64,000 nt of DNA from IMG/VR virus record IMGVR_UViG_3300023213_000095; one strand, written 5' to 3'. The notes beneath the pieces are model-generated. The model had not been told where the DNA came from. It saw only the letters and a program-made list of their open reading frames with translations, and searched no databases. Below are positions 8,406 through 17,854 of this stretch, one piece after another. The stretch is from a virus. The position numbers were made by a program, and so were the translations under genes. Positions within the stretch are counted from its first letter, which is position 1. Each line of letters opens with the position of its first letter.

Positions 8406-8959
8406 GTAATCTTCAACCCACCACCACCAGCAGTTAATAGCTTCACAACTCGACACGGGGCCAGATCAGTCAGGGTGGTTCGCAGGACGCGGACCCCATA
8501 GCTGTCTAGGCCCTTTTTCATTTCTGCCCGCAAGTCCCGGTCGAGCTTTCCACTCCGCACAGCAGCCTTAAGGTCTTCCCAGGAATATTGACACACGACA
8601 TCATGAACCACCCCGAGGCCAATGTCCTTGATGGTGTCATCGGGGTCGAAGGTGTGAGCGAGGATCTTCTCCACGTCATAGACCTCATATACAACAAGAG
8701 CGCTCACCGCAATCACCTTATCATCGGCGGTGACTATGGTTTGCGCTCGGAGGTCGATAGCCTGGCGTGCGGTGGGATACTGCTCGAAAACTGTGGTGAG
8801 GGGCCAGTAGATGTGCCAGCCTGGCCCCAGAATCTTGATTTGGTGTCCACGGATGAACTTGACGGCCCCATGGGTGGCCGTAACAATCATGATGTGTGGG
8901 ATAAACTGACCAACCCACTCGGCGACTTGACCTATCCAGGCGAGCGCCGACTCCATCAT
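8402..8959 (-). CDS. SPFH/band-7 (stomatin/prohibitin-like) domain protein
   Basis: A prohibitin-homology-like region is present (IYWPLTTVFEQYPTARQAIDLRAQTIVTADDKVIAVSALVVYEVYD). It ends the leftward operon. Confidence 0.55.
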   Translation of the reverse strand: MMESALAWIGQVAEWVGQFIPHIMIVTATHGAVKFIRGHQIKILGPGWHIYWPLTTVFEQYPTARQAIDLRAQTIVTADDKVIAVSALVVYEVYDVEKILAHTFDPDDTIKDIGLGVVHDVVCQYSWEDLKAAVRSGKLDRDLRAEMKKGLDSYGVRVLRTTLTDLAPCRVVKLLTAGGGGLKIT

Positions 8960-8965
8960 ACCCTC

Positions 8966-9613
8966 CTACTCGGTATAGCTCTCCAGGAAGTTCTTCATGG
9001 CCTGGTAGACCACACCGCCAGTAATGTTGCCCTTGCGGAATCCAACCTGCAGCACTGAGATAACCTCATGCTTTTCATTGAAGATGGGGCTCCCACTGTT
9101 GCCGGGGGCTGCGGTCATGTCAAAGATGGCCAGGTCCTCTTCGGTCCCGTCCTTGTAAACAATGTGTAGATGGGGCCATACCAGGGTGCCATGAAACTTA
9201 GTAATCTTGGTCCAGCCGTAGGGGAAGCCCTCAACGCTGATCTTGTAGACCCAATCCTTTTTACTGGCATTCTTGGCAAAGGTGATATCGGGGTCCTCAC
9301 TGGCAAGTTTCAGGGCCGGGGCTCCAAGGGCTGCCTTAACCACTGCGAGGTCGGCATCCTTGTTAAGCTCCCACACAACAATACGTTGGGTATACATGTG
9401 AGGGGTCGGAAGCTCATCCTCCGGGTCCGCGGTTGGGTCCACACAGTGATTGGCAGTGACATACAAATGCTGCTTCTGGTTGATAGACCAGGTAGTGCAA
9501 AAGTTGTCTCCACCGGCTGTCTGGAGGGGGACAATAGAGGGCGGAGGACCCGCATTGGCTGATGGGGCCAGCAATGCTGCAACCAGCAGGAGAGCAGTGA
9601 GGAATTTGCCCAT
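8966..9613 (-). CDS. secreted trypsin-like (S1) serine protease
   Basis: It has a signal peptide (MGKFLTALLLVAALLAPSANA). The His motif is TANHC. The Ser motif is GNSGSPIF (GDSGGP-like). It is 215 aa. Confidence 0.7.
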   Translation of the reverse strand: MGKFLTALLLVAALLAPSANAGPPPSIVPLQTAGGDNFCTTWSINQKQHLYVTANHCVDPTADPEDELPTPHMYTQRIVVWELNKDADLAVVKAALGAPALKLASEDPDITFAKNASKKDWVYKISVEGFPYGWTKITKFHGTLVWPHLHIVYKDGTEEDLAIFDMTAAPGNSGSPIFNEKHEVISVLQVGFRKGNITGGVVYQAMKNFLESYTE

Positions 9614-9614
9614 G

Positions 9615-10061
9615 TTAACGACCTTCGATGATGGTGAATGGTTGTTCTTTCTGAAAAGCTACATAGTGAGGAGTTCGGATGAGCGCAACCTGAACAAGAT
9701 AGTGCCCGGGGGGTAAGTTCCAATCATAGTAGTATAGACGGGGGCTGTAGATGCCCTGAAGCTCCTGCCACCAGCTCCGGTACACAACATCCCCATCGAG
9801 ACTACAGAAGGGCCTAAACTCCTGGTCCAGGTCATCCCACAGCATCTGACACCGGGTCCAACTCAGCTGAAGCTGAACGTTGTCCCGGTGGGGTTCAACC
9901 CGAATTTTGAAGGAGACATGGCCGGTATCATGAGCGATATCGGCCAGCTGGAAAACAGGAACTACTGTAAGGCTGAGGGGTGGCTCATCAGATGCTGACG
10001 TCGTGGCGGTAAACAATAAACTTGATATTAAGACGATCCATTTTTTGACTGATGTGGACAT
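9615..10061 (-). CDS. secreted hypothetical protein
   Basis: It has a signal peptide (MSTSVKKWIVLISSLLFTATTSA). It is Trp/Tyr-rich and 148 aa. Confidence 0.5.
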   Translation of the reverse strand: MSTSVKKWIVLISSLLFTATTSASDEPPLSLTVVPVFQLADIAHDTGHVSFKIRVEPHRDNVQLQLSWTRCQMLWDDLDQEFRPFCSLDGDVVYRSWWQELQGIYSPRLYYYDWNLPPGHYLVQVALIRTPHYVAFQKEQPFTIIEGR

Positions 10062-10395
10062 ATACCACCATTGACCCTTTTACCATTATTACAGTTATAG
10101 CATAATACCTGCAGTAATGGTTCTTGTGGAAAACCACGAGCCTTCAGGCTGGCATACGACCGAACCGTTCTATACTGTTGGCGATCCTTGTAACCGTCGT
10201 TGTTTACATGATCCAATGTTAGAAATTGAATTTCACTTTCACCACAACATTTACAGATTGGACCACCATAAATAGATAGAGCTTGTAGTTTTATTCCTAA
10301 CCTATATTGTTTACTTTCCTCTCTTGTATAATTTTTAAATTTAGGTTTTCCAGTGCTAATCTATCTTTATAATTTGATTTATATTGAGACATCAT
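10028..10395 (-). pseudogene. HNH homing-endonuclease gene, apparently disrupted by a frameshift at an A/T-rich slippery run, inside a low-GC island
   Basis: The HNH core (GPICKCCGESEIQFLTLDHVNNDGY ... LCYNCNNGK) is open from 10360 to 10028 but has no start codon. A 32-aa ATG-initiated ORF (10297..10395) reads in another frame. The two frames meet at AAATTTAAAAATT (about 10330-10342). The surrounding 10070-10380 is about 33% GC versus about 55% genome-wide. Confidence 0.45.
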
Positions 10396-11059
10396 GCCGC
10401 CGGGCATAGTCCCGAACCCTAAAATAGAGTTTTTCGAGATCTCTAACATCCGCCCTATTATGGTCGAGAACATAACTGAGGGCTTTCTGGTCTCCACGAG
10501 CGGCATCACGCCAGATGGAACCTTTGATGTGGTTCTTCTCGGTCTCACCGAGCAAGTTGCGGCAGGCGTTCTCCTGGGTCTTGCGGCTCAGGTTAAACCG
10601 ATTACGTATAATATCGTAGACATCAACGTGTTGAATAGTCCCGTAATAAGGGAACTCAACACCCATATTGAGAGCGCGAGTTCTAATGTAAGGCAGGTCA
10701 AAACGCTTAGAGTAATAACCAATAACTTTGTCGAAGTTCGACATTGCTGCCACCAGCGTTTTAACGACCCGGCGGTCCTCGTCGCCGTTGCGGCCAGCCT
10801 TGATATCGGCCGCGGTGATGACATCTTCAATGATTTCCTTCTTGCCAAGGGGCTTCAGGCACCAGGTTAGGATGATGCCGTAGTCGGCCTTGAGGTTGCT
10901 TGTCTCGATGTCGAGGATGGCAGTGCGTTCCCGGTCAGGCTGCTCCTTCACATAGCAGTTATAGTGGGTCAGAAACGAGTGTCGATGGGCCTTACAGGCA
11001 TGGGACGCGAGCCAGACGATCTCCTGCTTCTTGAGCCGGTGAACCGGGGCATTGGCCAT
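10379..11059 (-). CDS. RNase H-like (DEDD) 3'-5' exonuclease
   Basis: The Exo I-like motif is ILDIETSNL. Downstream acidic motifs are also present. The start was refined to ATG at 11059 (MANAPVHRLKK), with AGGAG upstream. The track's longer N-terminus is judged unlikely. Confidence 0.6.
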   Translation of the reverse strand: MANAPVHRLKKQEIVWLASHACKAHRHSFLTHYNCYVKEQPDRERTAILDIETSNLKADYGIILTWCLKPLGKKEIIEDVITAADIKAGRNGDEDRRVVKTLVAAMSNFDKVIGYYSKRFDLPYIRTRALNMGVEFPYYGTIQHVDVYDIIRNRFNLSRKTQENACRNLLGETEKNHIKGSIWRDAARGDQKALSYVLDHNRADVRDLEKLYFRVRDYARRHDVSI

Positions 11060-11123
11060 CAAAATTCTCCTATAAAGAGTTCCGCAGCAGACCAGCATAC
11101 CACATGTGGAGGTGGCTGTCAAG

Positions 11124-11480
11124 CTACTGTTCCATTTTCTGGATGGATGGGGGCTCAAACTTGCGGAGTGGGAAGGCCCTCCGCAGGGACTCTAGGACCC
11201 CCTGGTCCCCGGAGACCTCTACAGGTGGGGTCATCGGGTAGGGACCACTAGTTCTAGGGAGCTGGGTCACCGAGGGGGGTGGGGAAAGCTGTCCACCATA
11301 GCCCGGGCGGCCTCCAGAACTGACATCAGGACCCCACCAGTCGCTCTCAGTGAGGCGATTAGGGTTCAGCCCGACCCTGGACCCATCCCGCTGGGGAGAG
11401 AGGCTCCCAGAGGCCCGCAGGCCGTCCAGCGCGGGGTTCCCGGGCAGGCCTGCCCCGTATTGGGGGTAGACGACCGGCAC
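11124..11480 (-). CDS. hypothetical Gly/Pro-rich protein
   Basis: Track ORF lying between the exonuclease and the phosphatase. Several overlapping ORFs exist here because of high GC, so this call is tentative. Confidence 0.25.
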   Translation of the reverse strand: MPVVYPQYGAGLPGNPALDGLRASGSLSPQRDGSRVGLNPNRLTESDWWGPDVSSGGRPGYGGQLSPPPSVTQLPRTSGPYPMTPPVEVSGDQGVLESLRRAFPLRKFEPPSIQKMEQ

Positions 11481-11690
11481 TTAGACCTTCTTGCCAGCCG
11501 CCAAGAGTCCAGCCAGGGCAGGATTCGCGGCCTTCTTTTTACGCTGCTTAGGGCGCTTGGGGCCGAGCCCAGCCGAGGGGCCTCGGGCACTGAGCTTGGA
11601 TGCGATACCGGCAGCACCGGGACCGCCGACACTGGTGCCAACACCGAGACCGGCACCGAGACCTGGAGGGAGACCTTGCGGGGGAAACAT
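11481..11690 (-). CDS. hypothetical Gly-rich basic protein
   Basis: The ATG overlaps the stop of the phosphatase gene. It has a KRPKQRKKK tract. This call is tentative. Confidence 0.25.
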   Translation of the reverse strand: MFPPQGLPPGLGAGLGVGTSVGGPGAAGIASKLSARGPSAGLGPKRPKQRKKKAANPALAGLLAAGKKV

Positions 11691-12301
11691 TAGCTTGCCT
11701 GTGCCTTTCCTTTGTCGTCCTGATAGACGACATCCCAGTTGGGATTGATGATGAACATATCGCCGTTATCGATGAGGGGGCGGGCCTGGAGGGTTTTCTC
11801 GTCGGGCCATCCGCCCTTGGTCTTGGCCGCCCCAAGCATGAGGTTGACAGTGCGGCCCGAGACGATGAGAATGTGGTTATCGGGGGACTCGACTAGGGGG
11901 GTGGCCTGTCCAAGCACGCGGCTCACCCAGTTGTTGACGGTCTCCCCCTCAGGAATTTTTCGGCTGGGTTCCCGATAGTATTCGAGCAACTCTTCAATGA
12001 GCTTGGGGGTCACCTCACGGCCTGCATAAATACCAGTGTTGAGATCATTGAATTCATCCATGGGATTGATGGTCAATCCGAGGGCTGTGGCAATCTCATG
12101 GGCGGTCTGGACATGGCGGGGATGGGCGCCACTGTTGATAGACTTCACCTTGGTCTTCAGGCTATCGATGGTTTCAGCAATATCTTGGGCTTCTTTCATC
12201 CCCTTCTTGTTAAGGGGAATCGGGGTCCAACCCCGGAGCCGCTCAGTTTTCCCACCACCCACATTGGAGTCGGTGGTAGCATGCCTAATGCCAATCAGCA
12301 T
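11690..12301 (-). CDS. histidine phosphatase superfamily (phosphoglycerate-mutase-like) protein
   Basis: The N-terminal catalytic motif is LIGIRHATTDSN (RHG-like). It is 203 aa. Confidence 0.55.
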   Translation of the reverse strand: MLIGIRHATTDSNVGGGKTERLRGWTPIPLNKKGMKEAQDIAETIDSLKTKVKSINSGAHPRHVQTAHEIATALGLTINPMDEFNDLNTGIYAGREVTPKLIEELLEYYREPSRKIPEGETVNNWVSRVLGQATPLVESPDNHILIVSGRTVNLMLGAAKTKGGWPDEKTLQARPLIDNGDMFIINPNWDVVYQDDKGKAQAS

Positions 12302-12681
12302 TACTTCTCCTCAAAGTTTGCACAACACGCTTTGGGGTGAATCTCACCGGGGTCATCACCGGGGGAATCCTTATCAACCACTTGGCAGTCCCGCTTGAAG
12401 GATGAGAAGTATTCGCATCCGTCACAGCCACCCTCAGACTTGAACTCGATGTAACCAGACTCCTTGGCCGACACGAGGCTAAGGGGCTTGAGGTTGGGTT
12501 GGGGCTTCCCCTTGACGAAGTAACCGCAGGTCCCATTGGGCTTAATGACTTGAATATCACTATGAATCCAGCACCGCTCCATGCTGGGGATGAACATGAT
12601 GCAGTCTTTACATCGATAGTCGGTGTTGGTGCGATGGATGTAGAGGGCTCCCTGCTTGGAAACCTTGAGGCCCTCAGGCAT
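12301..12681 (-). CDS. Cys-rich hypothetical protein (about 10 Cys, probably metal-binding)
   Basis: Track ORF. Cys motifs include CKDC ... C ... CGYF ... CDGCEYF ... CCANF. The stop overlaps the next start. Confidence 0.45.
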   Translation of the reverse strand: MPEGLKVSKQGALYIHRTNTDYRCKDCIMFIPSMERCWIHSDIQVIKPNGTCGYFVKGKPQPNLKPLSLVSAKESGYIEFKSEGGCDGCEYFSSFKRDCQVVDKDSPGDDPGEIHPKACCANFEEK

Positions 12682-12777
12682 TCTTCACCGCATCAACTGT
12701 CTTGCTGGGGAAGGCAGACTCCAAGCCTTTGAGCACTTTGCTCATGTCCCCTTTGATTTTGACCTTCATTGTGGTTT

Positions 12778-13308
12778 TCATACGAGGAACTCACTTGCTC
12801 GATTCACCCATCCCACCAGAAACTTCACCTGGCTGGGGTTACGGGCCACAATCCCGGCAATCATCTTGATGCGGGCAATGACTAGCTGATTGTTTACAGG
12901 GGTGGGGTCCGCCTTCGTCAGGGCGTCCAGCGTCTGAGGGCCTAGCACACCATCAACAGGCACCTGGAGGATGCTCTGGAGTTTGCTAATAGCTACACTC
13001 GGACCGGAGTTGACCCCAAAGTCGATGAGTTGGAATTGGAGCTTAACATTGGGAATCTTGTCAAAGCCAGGCCCTTGGACATACTTACTGAGATAGATGG
13101 CCCGCACCTGCTCGGGGGTGGGCTGACCATTCTTCCAAGCATCCGGGTTACTGCGTTCATCAATACCTTCAAACGTGCGTCCACCTGGATCGGTAGGGTC
13201 ATTACTGAACCCACCTTCGGTTTGGATAATCTTGGTGATATCGGTATTAATCGCGGATGTAGCCATTGAGGGCCTTTTCAATGCGTTCAAGACGACGGTT
13301 TGTGTCAT
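12778..13308 (-). CDS. endolysin: GH108 lysozyme-like N-domain plus a PG_binding_3-like C-domain
   Basis: The N-terminal motif EGGFSNDPTDPGGRTFEGI is characteristic of glycoside hydrolase family 108. The C-terminal part matches the peptidoglycan-binding domain that usually follows it. The true start may be at 13266 (MATSAIN). Confidence 0.75.
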   Translation of the reverse strand: MTQTVVLNALKRPSMATSAINTDITKIIQTEGGFSNDPTDPGGRTFEGIDERSNPDAWKNGQPTPEQVRAIYLSKYVQGPGFDKIPNVKLQFQLIDFGVNSGPSVAISKLQSILQVPVDGVLGPQTLDALTKADPTPVNNQLVIARIKMIAGIVARNPSQVKFLVGWVNRASEFLV

Positions 13309-13444
13309 CGAGCTTTGAGAGAATGAGTTCCTTCAGGGCACTGTATTCTGTGGTCTGTACCCGCAGGCGGGGTTCCACGGTCAAGAGCCAACCAACGATT
13401 GCAACTACACAGCCAGACAAACCAACGTGAATCAGGGTTTCCAC
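13247..13444 (-). CDS. small membrane protein, holin or i-spanin candidate
   Basis: It is 65 aa with one TM (VGLSGCVVAIVGWLLTV) and a charged coiled-coil C-terminus. It sits directly upstream of the endolysin. ATGA overlap links it to the upstream gene. Confidence 0.45.
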   Translation of the reverse strand: METLIHVGLSGCVVAIVGWLLTVEPRLRVQTTEYSALKELILSKLDDTNRRLERIEKALNGYIRD

Positions 13445-13446
13445 AA

Positions 13447-16248
13447 CTACCTCGCGGTTCCAGGGTCAGGGGTCATCCATCCGGGGAGAACTTCAGCAGT
13501 ACCACTCTTGAGCAAGCGTTGAATAAATTCTTGGTCGGTCTCACCGGGGAAGGGCATGGTCAGGGAGCGGCTACCAGGAATGAGCTGGCCAGCCTCCCGG
13601 AATCCACCCTTACCACCGGTCAGAAGTGAGGTAAGCAATCGGCCAGCAATGTGGGGAACAACTCCAGGAATGCCCATGGAGGTTGCAGCCAAGCCACTAA
13701 CCAGCGGAGAAACTGGATCACCAGCCTCTTCCTGCTGCTGCTTGTAGTATTGGAATCCACCACCAAGTAGGGCTTGAAGGGCACCAATCTTGGAACGGGC
13801 TGCAGCATCGGGGAGGCCCATTGACTGGGCAACACCAGGAATGTTACGAACACCCTCACCAATGTTGATAGGCAACTTGGAGAAGGGCACTAGCCACTTG
13901 GCTGCAGGATTGCGCTGAAGGAATCCTAGAAACTCCTTACCAATCTGGCTAGGGGGTGTGGCAGTTCCAGTGGTTTCCTGGAGGACCTCCATAGGATTGA
14001 TACCAGCCGGATAGCCCGCTGCCTCATAAGCACGCTCCACAGCACCCTTGGTTGCACCCCACCAACCTTGGAAGGGAATTGTAACGGCTCCGAGGGTGCC
14101 ACCAGTGCCCTTTAGACCTCCTGCAGCCTCAGTACCAGCACCAGTTGCGGACTCTTTCCTAATGTCTTGGATCATCCCCATCAGGCCAGGACTTTCCTGC
14201 CCGCCCCTGATGGTCCGCATGAAGTCACCATAGACCTCAGGATTAGCATAGAAGGACCCGGCCTCTTTCATCAGGGCCTTACCGAAGGCTACACGACCCG
14301 GGTCTCCACTCATAGTTTCTCGGGCACCCCGCCAGAACAACCCAGCCGGGTCACCAATCATTTTCTTGAGCTGGGGACCGGCCGAAGCAAGCAGGCTTGC
14401 TCGGTGTAGGTCCAAGAGCCGTTCAAAGAAGGGCTGCGGTTCCTTGAGATTTGGCGAGAGCCAGGCTCCTAGCAAGCCACCACCAATGGCACCACGGGCT
14501 GCGCCGCCCATGGGGTCATCGGGATTGTAGTAGGCACCAACCGGGGCACCAATTGCTGCTCCACCACCAATCCAGCCGAGTCGGGACAGCAGCTGCATCA
14601 TGCCAGGGCTGATTTCACCCTTTTCACTCATGGCCTTGACCCAGGCAGACCGCTGATCTGGAGGCAGCTTTAAGGCCTGTTCTACAACCCACTGCTCCTT
14701 ATCTGACATCGGTTGGGGCTCAGGGCCTTCAGGGAATACACTGGGAGCCTCGGGCTCAGGTGGAACAATGGTTTGGCCAGTCGTACTGGGAGCAGGGACT
14801 TCGGGGCCTGGAGCAGCAACCTGGGCTTCACCAGCAGCCTTAGGAGCACCACCTTCGGCCTGGCCAGGAACTGGAATCTCACCAGCATCCCGAGCACCCT
14901 CGCGGGTGAGCCAGTAACTCTTGTCTGGACCTTCAGCAAGCTCACGCTCCAACTGTTGAAGCTGGGCAATCCCAGCAGGATCTGTGGGCGGTCCACCACG
15001 CTCAGCCACCGGACGTGGAGGCCATTCACTGGCAGGGGTGGGGGCCGGGGCAGTTTGTGGAGTGGTTAGTTCACCGGGTTGGGTGACAGTAGTTTGTGGC
15101 TCAGTTACAGCACCAAATTCTTGGGCAGCGGTCTCGCCACCGCCCCCACCACCACTAAGGAACTCTTCTAAATCCTTACCAATAGACTTACCAGCCTTCG
15201 GAACAACATATCGGGTAGTTCCACGAAGCAGACCAGTGCCCACATCCTCACTGATGGAAGGTGGCTCCTTGGGCTGCATACCCAGACGGGTAATCTCATT
15301 TTGAATCCGCTGCTGAGCCGCTTCCTGTTCCTTCCGTTTAGCCTCGGCTAGGGCCTGCCTAATTGCTTCCTGTCGAGCTTCTCTCTCAGCCCGAACAGCA
15401 CCAGGGCGATAGGGCTCGAACTCTCCACCAGCCCCAATAATTGGGGTCGGATAGCCACCGGGAGTGGGTCTATCCAGCTGCTCCTGAAGGAACTCGCTGG
15501 GAGTCTGTGGGGTAACCGGTGGAACAAGGGACTCCCCGGTTCCTTTAATTGTCCGGGCTGTGCTACTCGGGACATCACCCTTATATCGCTGATTACTGAG
15601 CTGAATCTCATAACTGGAAGGTCCAGTAACAGCTCTCTCAGCTGCGGGTGCAGCAGTAGTAGCACTCTCTGTAGCTCTCTCAGCCGCTAACTTAGCACGA
15701 GCAATAGGATCGGCAAGCCCACCGAAGGCCTTCGCAGAGACCCCTCCAGTTGCTCCACCAATTCCTGCACCCATCGCCACTCGTTGCAGATCGACCGGCC
15801 GCCCAGCAAGGACATCTTCCAGTGCAGGCGCACCCCCACCCATTACTGCACCACGAATAGTAGAGAACAGGGGGGCTCCAGCCTTGAAATATGTGCCAAA
15901 CGGGACCGCTCCGACAGCTGATGCAGCACCCACCCGAGCAGGATCAATATTGGGATGCATGGTGCCCTGTTCAAGGGCTTCTGCTACAGTCTCACCAAGG
16001 CCACTGATGCCAGCGCCCGCGGCCATCGAGGCAGGAGCTGTAACACCAAGTAGTTCGGTGCCTGAGACCGCTCCAGACAGCATTCCAGCCAATCCACGAG
16101 CAGCTGCTGCCAGCCAGGGATGGCCGGTCTCGGCAGTGGGCTGTGGGGTAGGCGTGGGCTGACCAGCTTGACTCAGTTGCTGATCAAACCAGTCCCCAGA
16201 ACTTTGGGATTTCTGCTGTGCTAGCTGTTGATCAAACCAATCAGGCAT
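13447..16248 (-). CDS. large Gly/Ala-rich virion protein (ejection, internal or tail-length protein)
   Basis: It is 933 aa and low-complexity Gly/Ala/Pro-rich. It has glycine zipper-like stretches and is the last large gene of the structural operon. Confidence 0.6.
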   Translation of the reverse strand: MPDWFDQQLAQQKSQSSGDWFDQQLSQAGQPTPTPQPTAETGHPWLAAAARGLAGMLSGAVSGTELLGVTAPASMAAGAGISGLGETVAEALEQGTMHPNIDPARVGAASAVGAVPFGTYFKAGAPLFSTIRGAVMGGGAPALEDVLAGRPVDLQRVAMGAGIGGATGGVSAKAFGGLADPIARAKLAAERATESATTAAPAAERAVTGPSSYEIQLSNQRYKGDVPSSTARTIKGTGESLVPPVTPQTPSEFLQEQLDRPTPGGYPTPIIGAGGEFEPYRPGAVRAEREARQEAIRQALAEAKRKEQEAAQQRIQNEITRLGMQPKEPPSISEDVGTGLLRGTTRYVVPKAGKSIGKDLEEFLSGGGGGGETAAQEFGAVTEPQTTVTQPGELTTPQTAPAPTPASEWPPRPVAERGGPPTDPAGIAQLQQLERELAEGPDKSYWLTREGARDAGEIPVPGQAEGGAPKAAGEAQVAAPGPEVPAPSTTGQTIVPPEPEAPSVFPEGPEPQPMSDKEQWVVEQALKLPPDQRSAWVKAMSEKGEISPGMMQLLSRLGWIGGGAAIGAPVGAYYNPDDPMGGAARGAIGGGLLGAWLSPNLKEPQPFFERLLDLHRASLLASAGPQLKKMIGDPAGLFWRGARETMSGDPGRVAFGKALMKEAGSFYANPEVYGDFMRTIRGGQESPGLMGMIQDIRKESATGAGTEAAGGLKGTGGTLGAVTIPFQGWWGATKGAVERAYEAAGYPAGINPMEVLQETTGTATPPSQIGKEFLGFLQRNPAAKWLVPFSKLPINIGEGVRNIPGVAQSMGLPDAAARSKIGALQALLGGGFQYYKQQQEEAGDPVSPLVSGLAATSMGIPGVVPHIAGRLLTSLLTGGKGGFREAGQLIPGSRSLTMPFPGETDQEFIQRLLKSGTAEVLPGWMTPDPGTAR

Positions 16249-17279
16249 TATCGGACCACCTGTGCGCCCCTAGTAAGGAAGAACTGGGCTTGGTCGGCTG
16301 AAACTTCTCGTTCAGATCCATCAGGAGATCTAAGTACAACTGTCCTACTGGTAGCTCCACCAGCCGGGGAGACTCTACCAGGTAGATTACCGGGAGGAGG
16401 AGTGGTCTGCCCAGTTGGGGGAACACTATCCCATCCTGGATAGTCTCTAGATAACTCACCTGCAATGCGGGCAGCATCAGCTTGACGCTGTACAGGTGAA
16501 TAAATCATACGCTTCAGACTGTATGCAGGCGGACTAAGAGTTTCGTAATACTCGTCAATCTTTTTTTGGATAGCTGGATCAACCTTGACCGGCGGTTTAA
16601 TAACCGAGGTTGATACCGGAGAGAACTGCATGCCACCCTTCTGACCGGGGAAGGACAACACCTGCAGCCGGTTAATCAGGTTGGGATTGGCCTTAATGAA
16701 ATCCTGGAACTGCTGATACTCACCCTGGCTCTGCGCTTGGGCAGTAGCTGCTGTTTCCTTGGCCGCAGCTTCCTTGGCCCGCTCAAGCTCCATCACACCA
16801 GCCTGTTTGGCCTGCTCCAAGCGGAGGGGAGCTTCAAGCTGACGTTCGGCAGCGGCCCGCTGATATCCAGCTTCTTCCTGGGTAGGCATTAAGCCTGCAC
16901 CGCCCCTGAACCCACGAGATACCGCCGCTCGATTGGCAGCCTCAGTGCCAGCAACATCTGCTCGCTGCCCAGCAAGAGGATCAGTAAGCATGTCCCCAAA
17001 GCGACTTGGGTCTAGGCCACGTCTGGCAATATCCTGTTTCGCCTGGCGGGCAAATACTGACGCATAGACTTCAGGGTCCAGGCCATGTCTGGGAACGTCA
17101 GGGTCCATGTCATCCATATCTGATGGCTGCATGAGACGGCTCCCGCCCATCAAATCTGCTATAGAACCAGGAAGGGGAGTCATCCGGCCCCCAAAGCTTT
17201 CAGGGTCTGGGGTTAGAGGGTCCATCATCCGACGGCCAGGATTGGCCTGGTAGAGACCAGTGAGAGGATCAATAGGCAT
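16248..17279 (-). CDS. virion-associated, ejection-type protein
   Basis: It is 343 aa, Pro/Gly-rich and coupled to its neighbours. Confidence 0.5.
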   Translation of the reverse strand: MPIDPLTGLYQANPGRRMMDPLTPDPESFGGRMTPLPGSIADLMGGSRLMQPSDMDDMDPDVPRHGLDPEVYASVFARQAKQDIARRGLDPSRFGDMLTDPLAGQRADVAGTEAANRAAVSRGFRGGAGLMPTQEEAGYQRAAAERQLEAPLRLEQAKQAGVMELERAKEAAAKETAATAQAQSQGEYQQFQDFIKANPNLINRLQVLSFPGQKGGMQFSPVSTSVIKPPVKVDPAIQKKIDEYYETLSPPAYSLKRMIYSPVQRQADAARIAGELSRDYPGWDSVPPTGQTTPPPGNLPGRVSPAGGATSRTVVLRSPDGSEREVSADQAQFFLTRGAQVVR

Positions 17280-17281
17280 AT

Positions 17282-17854
17282 CTAGATTCCATAGGGCTTA
17301 TAGCCCGGAGCATTGGGATACCAGTTAGCGGCGGGTTGTTCCTGGTTAATCATCTGAGCTTTGCGGCGTCGAGCAACTTCGGGGGATGGACCTGCAGCTA
17401 CCAACCCTTGTTGGGCAGCTTGAGCTGACGGATTCTCCTGTCGGCGTTGTCGAGATGCACCCTGCTGAAAGCGGTCAAGGTCTGATGCCTGCCAACTAGG
17501 GTCCGCAGCCATCCCCATATGACCCATAGCATAGGGGTCCATAGCACCCTGCCAGCTCTTACCTGTCGTGAACATCCAGTCAGGTTGGGAGCTATAACCA
17601 GTAAGTTGTGTAGAGTTCTTAGGAGATGGCCCTGCAGTCATCCTGACATCATTACCACCAGCGCTCTCTTGAAGCGCTCGAAGCCATGGAGCCCATTGAG
17701 AAGCCCCAGACTGAATGATATTGCCCGCAGTTGTATAAGCAGAAGGATCAGACCAATCTACATTCCCAAGCTGCTGTTGATAATCTTCCCGAGTACGAGC
17801 TTTGAGTGCTAGCCCAAGTGGGTCATCTTCAGGATTGTAACCAAATTGGGTCAT
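17282..17854 (-). CDS. virion-associated protein
   Basis: It is 190 aa and Gln/Ala/Trp-rich. The start overlaps the upstream stop (TAATG). Confidence 0.5.
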   Translation of the reverse strand: MTQFGYNPEDDPLGLALKARTREDYQQQLGNVDWSDPSAYTTAGNIIQSGASQWAPWLRALQESAGGNDVRMTAGPSPKNSTQLTGYSSQPDWMFTTGKSWQGAMDPYAMGHMGMAADPSWQASDLDRFQQGASRQRRQENPSAQAAQQGLVAAGPSPEVARRRKAQMINQEQPAANWYPNAPGYKPYGI

